Source of the DNA: Mucisphaera calidilacus
Lineage (GTDB): Bacteria; Planctomycetota; Phycisphaerae; Phycisphaerales; Phycisphaeraceae
Length of the DNA stretch: 32,000 nt
Reading direction: 5' to 3'
NCBI RefSeq assembly: GCF_007748075.1
Contig: NZ_CP036280.1
Location: 900,001-932,000, forward strand
Shown: positions 1-7,096 of the stretch, in pieces
Layout: every line of letters begins with the position of its first letter
Position numbering within the stretch: position 1 is the first letter of the stretch
Position numbers and translations under genes: made by a program
The notes under the pieces: model-generated
Seen by the model: the letters and a program-made list of their open reading frames with translations, nothing else
Database searches by the model: none
What the model was told of the DNA's origin: nothing

Positions 1-1
1 G

Positions 2-232
2 GGGATTCTGCCTCAGATGCGGCGGCTGTGGCGTCGTGATCAGACCGACCCCGGGCTGTTGCTGGAGATGGCGACGGTGCGTGGGGCGCGGGCGTTGGGT
101 CTGGATGAGGGGCTTTTTACTTTCGAATCGGGGCCGATCGCGGGTATGCTTTTCGCAGGGCTTGACGGGTCTGATGAGGAAGACGGCCTGCGGCGCGTAC
201 TGGACGGAGAAACGGCGGCCAAGCCGCTGTAG
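2..232 (+). CDS. Amidohydrolase-family protein, C-terminal fragment (gene begins upstream of the window)
   Basis: The open frame runs from the window edge (frame of ORF 17..232) to TAG at 230-232. The tail ...LLEMATVRGARALGLDEGLFTFESGP... resembles the C-terminal MAT-x-GA-x-ALG segment of metal-dependent amidohydrolases/deaminases. Motif-level recognition only. Confidence 0.45.
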   Translation, partial: GILPQMRRLWRRDQTDPGLLLEMATVRGARALGLDEGLFTFESGPIAGMLFAGLDGSDEEDGLRRVLDGETAAKPL

Positions 233-240
233 GATCGATC

Positions 241-624
241 ATGCTGCTGGAACCGGAACAGCCAGAGACCGGAGGGGACGTGGCGCGTAAGGCGGATAAG
301 GTTCGCGGCCTGGAGGTTCGCTTCCCGGACGAGTATGCGTGGTTCGTGCTGGTGTCGTCGATGGACCTGATGTTCACGTGGCTGATTCTGAACCTCGGGG
401 GGAGTGAGGCGAATCCGCTGGCGAACTGGGTCTACCTGCGGCTGGGGTTCAACGGGCTGGTGATTCTCAAGTTTGCGGTGGTGATTCTGGTGGTGCTGAT
501 CTGCGAGCTGCTGGCGCGTCTGCGTGAGCCGACGGCGCGGCTGCTGGCGCGTGCGGCGGTGGTGATCAGCGCGTTCCCGTCGGTGTGGGCGTTGTCGTTG
601 TTGTTTCGGTTTGTGATGGGGTGA
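241..624 (+). CDS. Small polytopic membrane protein, DUF5658-like
   Basis: 127-aa ORF starting 9 nt after the previous stop. It has three or four hydrophobic segments and an SEANPLANW motif like the E-x-NP signature of DUF5658 proteins. GC-rich third positions are consistent with native coding. Confidence 0.55.
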   Translation: MLLEPEQPETGGDVARKADKVRGLEVRFPDEYAWFVLVSSMDLMFTWLILNLGGSEANPLANWVYLRLGFNGLVILKFAVVILVVLICELLARLREPTARLLARAAVVISAFPSVWALSLLFRFVMG

Positions 625-642
625 GGGCGGACCGCGCAAGAG

Positions 643-830
643 GGGAGGCAAGCAGTGTCCACGGACGTCCGTCCGTGGATCGCGAAGGCAGGGGGTGGGG
701 CACCGTTTCTAGTATTGAGATGGATGGTGGGGCGTTGGTTGCGATGTACCCGGCCCCCTTCGCCCGAAGGGGGCTCGTTTGCGGGTGGGGTGTTGGAGAG
801 AGTGATCAGATCGTGAGGGGATGAGGGTGG
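643..830. repeat. 188-bp G-rich structured direct repeat, copy 1
   Basis: Hand alignment to 2101-2288 at a constant offset of 1458 nt gives no indels and about 7 mismatches in 188. It contains two 10+10 palindromes: TCCACGGACG-TC-CGTCCGTGGA (658-679) and GCCCCCTTCG-CC-CGAAGGGGGC (753-774). Confidence 0.9.
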
Positions 831-935
831 GCGCCGGTTGAGGCGGTCGGCCGGGCCTACGCCCCTGCGCCTTGCATTGATAGCGTATTGCCCGATTGCA
901 AAATATAGGCTTGAGACGCCAGCACAGGATCTGAG

Positions 936-1457
936 CTACTGTTCTAGAGGCTGAGTGATATGGGGCGACTGGCCGCCGCGATATACAAAACGCCATATGT
1001 TAATACATATTATGCAGACAGCGAAGACGAGCACAGCGAGCGATATGACCGAGAGAATTGCCATTCTGAGCATCGAAGAATGCGGACCAAAACGCGCATC
1101 TCGTGGATCATCAGGGTTATATCGTAGCCGGACTTCACTACCAATAGGATATGCCGCCAATTGATAGTCTATATCATCTAGGTCGCCCGAGTAGTATATC
1201 CGCCCTTGGTATGCCTTATCTAAAACGCTGTAGGATGCCGTATAGCGTAGACTTCTATATGTTCTCCGGGTAGTAGATGGCACATTCATCGTGTGTACTT
1301 CGACCTGAGCATCGACGATTGTCGCTGTCGTCACAGGCCATGACCTTGAGTGTAAATTGGCTGCTGTTCCATGGAGTAGTACTACAGGAAGGACAATCGC
1401 AACTGCAAGAAATTGTATAGCTACGATATAATGCGCTAATTTCATAATCAAAGACAT
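936..1457 (-). CDS. DUF3592-like membrane protein (TM, beta-rich middle, TM)
   Basis: 173-aa ORF with an N-terminal TM (YIVAIQFLAVAIVLPVVLL), a central segment (...YTASYSVLDKAYQGRIYYSG...GSEVRLRYNPDDP) and a C-terminal TM, which is the typical DUF3592 architecture. Hand-counted GC of the lines covering 961-1500 is 38-52%, well below the flanks. Confidence 0.6.
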   Translation of the reverse strand: MSLIMKLAHYIVAIQFLAVAIVLPVVLLHGTAANLHSRSWPVTTATIVDAQVEVHTMNVPSTTRRTYRSLRYTASYSVLDKAYQGRIYYSGDLDDIDYQLAAYPIGSEVRLRYNPDDPRDARFGPHSSMLRMAILSVISLAVLVFAVCIICINIWRFVYRGGQSPHITQPLEQ

Positions 1458-1849
1458 GATATTTCCCCTAGACTGACATTTCCCGTTTGACCACCCAGGC
1501 TACAGCCGCTGGGGTTCTTTTGAACGAAGTCTATTGCGCGGGCCGCTCTGGCCGAAGCCCCGAGCCGCCAGAATCCGGTTGCCTCGAACCGCTGATCGGG
1601 ATCGGAGTGCATGAGCCGGCAGGCTGCGATCACATCATCGGCTGCGTTGTCCGTCTGGGGAGACGGGAAGGAGGTCTCGAGTTCGGCGAGCGTAATGGGC
1701 AGTCCCTGAGTGCGGACGTGCTGGATTTCTGCGTTGATGCTGATCTGGATCCAGACGCGTACAAGCGTGTATGCGGAGAGGAGGAGAACGAGCGTGAGGA
1801 ATGGAAGTTTCCACCACCTGCCGGTTTTGAGTGAGAAGAGTTTTTTCAC
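1448..1849 (-). CDS. N-terminally membrane-anchored hypothetical protein, possibly truncated or chimeric
   Basis: GTG start at 1849 preceded by GAGGA at 7 nt. It has one TM (WWKLPFLTLVLLLSAYTLV). Its stop overlaps the ATG of the downstream ORF by 10 nt. The base composition shifts from high to low GC inside its 3' third. Confidence 0.45.
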   Translation of the reverse strand: MKKLFSLKTGRWWKLPFLTLVLLLSAYTLVRVWIQISINAEIQHVRTQGLPITLAELETSFPSPQTDNAADDVIAACRLMHSDPDQRFEATGFWRLGASARAARAIDFVQKNPSGCSLGGQTGNVSLGEISCL

Positions 1850-2100
1850 GGTGGATCCTCGCGTTGTTTGTTGAGTCTGAGGCTGTTGGATGTGATTTTA
1901 GAGAAAGAACTGGCGGAATGGGTTCGAGGGATTGAGGATGTGCACTCTGACGTTCCTGCCGGGATCGTTGTTGGATGAGTATTGTTACGAGGGTGGGATG
2001 AGCACTGACCTACTACGTTGCACTTCGCAGGTCAGTGGCACCGAGGAAGTGAGATCACAGATCGGTGGGGAGGCGCGGCAAGGGGGGAGCCGGAAGGGGA

Positions 2101-2288
2101 GGGAGGCAAGCAGTGTCCACGGACGTCCGTCCGTGGCTCGTGAAGGCAGGGGGTGGGGCACCGTTTCTAGTATTGAGATGGGAGGTGGGGCGTTGGTTGC
2201 GATATACCCGGCCCCCTTCGCCCGAAGGGGGCTCGTTTGCGGGTGGGGTGTTGGAGAGGGTGATCAGATCGTGAGGGGATGAGGGCGG
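2101..2288. repeat. 188-bp G-rich structured direct repeat, copy 2
   Basis: Same orientation as copy 1. The palindromes lie at 2116-2137 (one arm base changed) and 2211-2232 (perfect). Confidence 0.9.
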
Positions 2289-2461
2289 TTGTTGTGGGTT
2301 GTACGTATCTGAAGATATGTGGCACCTGGAGCATACGGATTGGGAGGGGTGAGGTTCCGTGGCCAACACGTTGACCACGGCCACCCATGATTTCGATGCT
2401 GAGATGACTGCACACCGGGCTTCGCGCCCGGGGCTCGTTGGAGATATTTTTGGTTGAGTGA

Positions 2462-4096
2462 TCAGGCGGTGAGGGGTTGTGCGTCTTCGGCTTCGACGGG
2501 TGTGGTGATGAGTGACTGGAGGTATTCGGGCTGGCTGCGGTCGACCCACATGCCGAAGGATTCGTCGTCGTCGGCGCGTTCGTCGAGGTAGTGGTCGATG
2601 AGGTTTTTGAGGGCGAGGTGGATCTTGTCGCCTTCGACCTTTTTGGCGATGACCTCGCCGAAGCGTGGGTCGGTTCCGAGTCGTGCGCCGAGGAGGACCT
2701 TGTAGCCATCGACCTTGAGGGGTTTGCCGTCGGGGCCTTTTTTGTCCTTGAGGACGACGGGGATGCCGGTGAGGCCGATGTCGGCGACCTGGTACTGGGA
2801 GCAGGCGTTGGGGCAGCCGGTGAAGTTGATGGCGATGTCCTGGTCGAGGTCGGTGTGTTCTTCGAGGTATCGGAGGACGCGTCCGGCGCGGTGTTTGGTT
2901 TCAACGACGGCGAGGTTGCAGAACTCGGATCCGGTGCAGCTGATGAGCATGTCGCGGAGGCGGTGTGCGTGGGGTGTGAGTCCGGCGGCGTCGAGTTCCC
3001 GGGTGAGGGGCTCGACGTTCTGTGCGGGGATATCGAGCAGGATCATGTTCTGCTTGCCGGTGAGACGGATGCGTTTTTCGCCGGTGCCGTACTTCTCGGC
3101 GAGTTCGGCGGCGTCGGCCATGTTTTTGGCGGTGAGTCGTCCGCGTTCGATGGGGATGCCGACGAATCGGCTGCCGTCTTTCTGTTCGCCGATGCCCATG
3201 TGGTCGTGGTGGGTGGCGGGCGGGCTGACGAGGGAATCGTCATGGATGAGTTTCTTGTCGAGGACGTGCTCGATGGCGTCGCGGGTCCACTGCCAGCCCT
3301 TGTCGGCGACGAGGAACTTGAGTCGTGCGCGTGTTCGTTTGTCGCGGTAGCCGTGGTCGCGGAAGACGATCGCGATGGCTCGTGCGACGTCGAGGACCTG
3401 ATCGGGCTTGATGAAGGCGCGCATCGGCTGTCCGAAGTGGGGTGTTGAGGAGAGCCCGCCGCCTACGAGGAGGCCGTAGCCGGGTTCGCCGTCGTGTGTT
3501 GCGCCGTAGAAGCCGAAGCAGTTGATCTGTGGCTGGTGGCAGTGGAGCTTGCAGCCGCCGATGGAGGGTTTGAACTTTCTGGGGAGGTTGGAGAACTCGC
3601 GGCCGGCCTCGACGAACATGTCGGAGATCTGTCGCGCGTGCTCGGAGGAGTCGATGATCTCGTCTTTGAGGACGCCTGCGAGGGGGCATCCGACGACGTT
3701 GCGTGGTGCGTCGCCACAGGCGAATTGGGAGGAGAGGCCGATGTCCCAGAGTGCCTGGAGGATGCCGCGGAGGTCGCTGATGGTGAGCCAGTGGAACTGG
3801 AGGGTCTGTCGTGTGGTGATGTCGCCGAAGCCGCGTGCGTACTGGTCGCAGAGCTGGGCGATGACCTTGAGCTGGCTGGGGACGAGCTGTCCGGCGGGGA
3901 TGCGGAGTCGGATCATGAAGTGGCCGGTATTGGGCTTCTGGCGGTAGATGCCGAACCACTTAAACCGTTGTGCTACATCATCTTCGGGGATTGCGTCGTA
4001 ATCTCCGGCGTCGGAGTAGTTGAGGAGGTCCTGGAGGACGTCGAAGCCGTCCTTGGCCTTTTTGAGTTCTTCAACCTTGTTGACTTTGGTCGCCAT
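2462..4096 (-). CDS. Ferredoxin-dependent sulfite/nitrite reductase (siroheme-[4Fe-4S] hemoprotein, Sir/NirA family)
   Basis: The true start is taken as ATG at 4096 (MATKVNKVEELKKAKDG...), giving 544 aa. It carries the NIR/SIR repeat architecture and the cluster/siroheme cysteine motifs CTGSEFC ... CPNAC. The upstream 517 aa of track ORF 2462..5650 is an Arg/His-rich antisense read-through of ugd and is rejected. Confidence 0.85.
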   Translation of the reverse strand: MATKVNKVEELKKAKDGFDVLQDLLNYSDAGDYDAIPEDDVAQRFKWFGIYRQKPNTGHFMIRLRIPAGQLVPSQLKVIAQLCDQYARGFGDITTRQTLQFHWLTISDLRGILQALWDIGLSSQFACGDAPRNVVGCPLAGVLKDEIIDSSEHARQISDMFVEAGREFSNLPRKFKPSIGGCKLHCHQPQINCFGFYGATHDGEPGYGLLVGGGLSSTPHFGQPMRAFIKPDQVLDVARAIAIVFRDHGYRDKRTRARLKFLVADKGWQWTRDAIEHVLDKKLIHDDSLVSPPATHHDHMGIGEQKDGSRFVGIPIERGRLTAKNMADAAELAEKYGTGEKRIRLTGKQNMILLDIPAQNVEPLTRELDAAGLTPHAHRLRDMLISCTGSEFCNLAVVETKHRAGRVLRYLEEHTDLDQDIAINFTGCPNACSQYQVADIGLTGIPVVLKDKKGPDGKPLKVDGYKVLLGARLGTDPRFGEVIAKKVEGDKIHLALKNLIDHYLDERADDDESFGMWVDRSQPEYLQSLITTPVEAEDAQPLTA

Positions 4097-4273
4097 GCGA
4101 GGGCTTTCGTGGGTGGGGATTGGCTTGGAATTCGGGTGTGGAACCCGACAGCAATCTTCATCGTAGCAACGCGAACGCGGACGGTCGGTAAACTGCCTAG
4201 CCCGCCGGGATTTGGGCCTCTGATCGTCCGATAGGAGAGGGGCCCCGAGAGCCGTTATTGAGGAAGACGACGC

Positions 4274-5638
4274 ATGCGTATCACGATGGTTGGAACGGGT
4301 TATGTGGGTCTGGTGACGGGCACGTGCCTGTCGAACACGGGCAATGACGTGACCTGTCTGGATGTTGATCCTGCGAAGATCGAGAAGCTGAATCGCGGTG
4401 AGTCGCCGATCTACGAGCCGGGTCTGGATGAGTTGCTGGAGCGGAACAAGGCTGCGGGTCGTCTGGCGTTCACGCTGGACAAGGCGGCGGCGTACGGGCC
4501 GGCGGAGGTGATTTTCATCTGTGTGGGCACGCCTTCGGACGAGCAGGGTCGAGCGGATTTGAAGTATGTGCTGGCGGCGGCGCGTGACATTGGTGACGCG
4601 ATCGAGTCGGCGGAGGGTCCGACGGGTCTGGGTGCGAGCGACAAGGCGAAGATCGTGATCGTGAAGTCGACGGTTCCGGTGGGGACAAACGCGAAGGTTC
4701 GCGCGGAGATCGCGTCGCGGACGAGCAAGCCGTTCCACATGGCGTCGAACCCGGAGTTCCTGAAGGAGGGTGCCGCGATCAACGACTTCAACAAGCCGGA
4801 CCGCGTGGTGCTGGGTGTTGATTCGGAGGACGCGGGCAGCCGATTGCGTGACCTGTATGCGCCGTTTGTGCGTCAGGGCAACCCGATTTTCACGATGGAC
4901 ATTCCGTCGGCGGAGATGGTGAAGTACGCGTCGAACGCGATGCTGGCGACGAAGATCTCGTTCATCAACGAGATCGCGGGCCTGTGCGAGTTGTATGGCG
5001 CGGACGTGGACGAGGTGCGTCGGGGGATGTGTGCGGACGCGCGGATCGGCAACAAGTTCCTGTATCCGGGTCTGGGTTATGGCGGGTCGTGCTTCCCGAA
5101 GGACGTGCTGGCGTGCATCTCGATGGGCGATGAGGTGAATCGGCCGACGGACCTGCTGGCGGCGGTGCACAAGGTCAACCAGGACCAGCGGATTCGTTTT
5201 CTCGAGAAGGTGGATGCGCACTTCGGTTCGGGTTCGGGGCCCGCGGACCTGAGCGGGATGAGGATCGGGGTGTGGGGGATCGCGTTCAAGCCGGGGACGG
5301 ATGACATTCGTGAGGCGCCGTCGATCACGCTGATGAAGGCGTTGCTTGAGCGTGGCGCGGAGGTGGTGGCGCACGACCCGGTGGCGTTCGAGACGTGCCG
5401 GGGGGTGATGGGCGATTCGATCACGTATGCGGGCGGGATGCTCGACGTGGTGGAGGGTGCGGACGCTCTGCTGGTGTGCACGGACTGGGACGAGTACAAG
5501 CACCCCGATTTTGGTGCGATTCGCGCGAAGATGCGTGCACCGGTGGTCTTTGACGGTCGGAACCTGTATCGGCCTGCGTCGATGCGTGAGGCGGGTTTTG
5601 TGTATCACTCGGTGGGTCGTGAGGCGGTGACGGGTTGA
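4274..5638 (+). CDS. ugd: UDP-glucose 6-dehydrogenase
   Basis: N-terminal Rossmann motif MVGTGYVGL, catalytic-Cys motif GYGGSCFPKD, and 454 aa, typical for the UDP-glucose/GDP-mannose dehydrogenase family. GAGGAAG lies upstream of the ATG. Confidence 0.9.
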   Translation: MRITMVGTGYVGLVTGTCLSNTGNDVTCLDVDPAKIEKLNRGESPIYEPGLDELLERNKAAGRLAFTLDKAAAYGPAEVIFICVGTPSDEQGRADLKYVLAAARDIGDAIESAEGPTGLGASDKAKIVIVKSTVPVGTNAKVRAEIASRTSKPFHMASNPEFLKEGAAINDFNKPDRVVLGVDSEDAGSRLRDLYAPFVRQGNPIFTMDIPSAEMVKYASNAMLATKISFINEIAGLCELYGADVDEVRRGMCADARIGNKFLYPGLGYGGSCFPKDVLACISMGDEVNRPTDLLAAVHKVNQDQRIRFLEKVDAHFGSGSGPADLSGMRIGVWGIAFKPGTDDIREAPSITLMKALLERGAEVVAHDPVAFETCRGVMGDSITYAGGMLDVVEGADALLVCTDWDEYKHPDFGAIRAKMRAPVVFDGRNLYRPASMREAGFVYHSVGREAVTG

Positions 5639-5664
5639 GCGTGTGTCCATCCTGAGACAAGAAA

Positions 5665-5690
5665 AGCCCCGGAGCGGTCCGGGGCTTGTT
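5665..5690. terminator. Bidirectional intrinsic terminator between convergent ugd and the PfkB gene
   Basis: AGCCCCGGA (5665-5673), loop GCGG, TCCGGGGCT (5678-5686): a 9-bp GC-rich stem. The minus-strand transcript is followed by UUUUCUUGU (good). The plus-strand transcript is followed by UGUUGGGG (weak). Confidence 0.6.
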
Positions 5691-5717
5691 GGGGTGCGGG
5701 TTGGTTGACGGCGCGTT

Positions 5718-6620
5718 TCAGATGCTGACGATCTGTGTGAAGTGGGCGAGGCGTTTGTCGATGTTGTCGCGGGTGAGTGTTTTCATGCGGTTGAGGGAGA
5801 AGTCTTCGATATTGAAGCTGGCGGTGACGGTGCCGTAGGCGAGTGCCTTGCGGAGACCGATGAGCGAGGTGTCGCCTGTCTCGGTGAGGTAGCCCATCAT
5901 GGCGCCGGCGAAGGAGTCGCCTGCGCCGGTGGGGTCGACGACCTTGTCGGCGGGGTAGGCGGGGAGTGCGGCCCATCCGTCGCGGTGTTTCATGACGACG
6001 CCGTGTTCGCCCTTCTTGATGATGATGAAGGCGGGTCCGAGTTTTTCGAGTTCGGCGGCGGCGACGATGGGGTTTCGATGTCCGGTGAGAGCGTGTGCCT
6101 CGGAGTCGTTGATGATGAGTCCGTCGACTTTTCGGATGACCTCGAGCAGCTCGTCGCGGTTCTGGTTGATGTAGAGGTCGATGGTGTCCATGACGGTGAG
6201 GGTGCTGTCGGGGACGGCGTTGAGGAGGTTGAGCTGGTTGGAGGGTCGGTCGACGGCGAGGAAGACGACTTTGGAGTCGGCGTAGAAGTCGGGGAGTGCG
6301 GGGGGTTCTTCGAGGAGGACGTTGAGTTCGATGCCGACGGTGTCGCGGCCGTTCATGTTCTCGTGGTACTTGCCGTGCCAGCGGAAGGTCTTGGATCCTT
6401 TTCGGATTTCGAGTCCGCGTCGGTCGATGTTGAAGTGGTCGAAGGTGGCGAGGAAGTCGTCGGGGAAGTCGTCGCCGACGGCGGCGAGGACGCGTGGTTG
6501 CGTGAAGAAGGAGGCGGCCGCGGGGAAGTAGATGCCCGACCCGCCGAGGAGGTTCTCTGCGGTGCTGCTGGGCGTGGTGATGGTGTCGATGCAGACGGCG
6601 CCGGTGACGATCAAAGACAT
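5718..6620 (-). CDS. PfkB-family (ribokinase-like) sugar/nucleoside kinase
   Basis: Start ATG at 6620 (MSLIVTGAVCIDTI...) with GAGGA upstream, 300 aa. It has the GG dipeptide (LLGGSG) and the C-terminal ATP/anion-hole motif DPTGAGDSFAG. The upstream part of track ORF 5718..7049 is rejected as low-complexity Arg/Pro-rich. Confidence 0.8.
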   Translation of the reverse strand: MSLIVTGAVCIDTITTPSSTAENLLGGSGIYFPAAASFFTQPRVLAAVGDDFPDDFLATFDHFNIDRRGLEIRKGSKTFRWHGKYHENMNGRDTVGIELNVLLEEPPALPDFYADSKVVFLAVDRPSNQLNLLNAVPDSTLTVMDTIDLYINQNRDELLEVIRKVDGLIINDSEAHALTGHRNPIVAAAELEKLGPAFIIIKKGEHGVVMKHRDGWAALPAYPADKVVDPTGAGDSFAGAMMGYLTETGDTSLIGLRKALAYGTVTASFNIEDFSLNRMKTLTRDNIDKRLAHFTQIVSI

Positions 6621-6664
6621 AGGGGTTCCTCGGGTTGGGATTGGACAGGCACGCTTGGGGTGGC

Positions 6665-7084
6665 TTATGCCTTGAATCCGCCCATTTTGCAGATTTGCTT
6701 CCACTCTGCAGCGGTGACGGGCTGGACGGAGAGTCTTGAGTTGTTGACGAGGACCATGTCCTCGAGTTTGGGTTCGGCTTTGATGTCGGCGAGTTCGACG
6801 GGGTTGGTGAGGGGGCCGACGGCCTTGACGTCGACCATGACGAACTGTCCTTTTTCGTCGGAGGGGTCGGGGTAGGCTTCTTTGACGACTTCGACGACGC
6901 CGACGATGCGTTTTTCCTTGACGGAGTGGTAGAAGAAGCAGCGGTCGCCTTTTTTCATGGCGTTGAGGTGTTGTTTGGCCTGGTGGTTTCGGACGCCGTC
7001 CCAGTGTGTGCGTTGTGCGCGGGCGGCGGTCTGGTCGTCCCAGGACCACGTGGAGGGTTCGGTTTTGAGGAGCCAGTAGGCCAT
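6665..7084 (-). CDS. EVE (PUA-like/ASCH-fold) domain protein
   Basis: MAYWLLKTEPSTWSWDD...WDGVRNHQAKQHLNAMKKGDRCFFYHS... matches the canonical EVE/thymocyte-nuclear-protein-1-like signature. 139 aa. It starts 12 nt after the gltX stop. Confidence 0.8.
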   Translation of the reverse strand: MAYWLLKTEPSTWSWDDQTAARAQRTHWDGVRNHQAKQHLNAMKKGDRCFFYHSVKEKRIVGVVEVVKEAYPDPSDEKGQFVMVDVKAVGPLTNPVELADIKAEPKLEDMVLVNNSRLSVQPVTAAEWKQICKMGGFKA

Positions 7085-7096
7085 GGGTGGTTCTCG

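Noticed and set aside
585-824. ORFs 585..824 and 1932..2282 (+) share a 58-aa C-terminus, which could have been a duplicated small protein encoded by the 188-bp repeat.
   Set aside because: Of the roughly 7 nucleotide differences between the copies, those falling inside the frame are mostly non-synonymous (D/A, D/G, M/I, S/G). The two N-terminal parts are unrelated, and there is no SD. The similarity is explained by the DNA repeat itself.
643-830. The 188-bp element as a 6S-like or other long-hairpin ncRNA.
   Set aside because: The 5' and 3' ends are both G-rich and cannot pair with each other. Only two short local palindromes are present. I cannot assign it to any RNA family by eye.
2003-2037. 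A 9-bp inverted repeat CACTGACCT-N17-AGGTCAGTG in the spacer upstream of the 133-aa ORF.
   Set aside because: It is a single occurrence with a large loop and no T-tract or partner motif. There is not enough to call it a terminator or operator.
643-2288. An integron gene cassette with attC sites.
   Set aside because: The repeat lacks the RYYYAAC ... GTTRRRY core sites and has no overall imperfect inverted symmetry (both ends are G-rich on the same strand). At 188 bp it is longer than typical attC sites. No intI gene or attI is present, and the neighbouring unit would be a housekeeping reductase.
4097-5650. The N-terminal 517 aa of track ORF 2462..5650 (-), which would make a 1062-aa protein.
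   Set aside because: This part is antisense to the well-supported ugd gene and is an Arg/His/Pro/Thr-rich low-complexity translation typical of the wrong strand of GC-rich coding DNA. Reductase homology begins at MATKVNK (ATG 4096).
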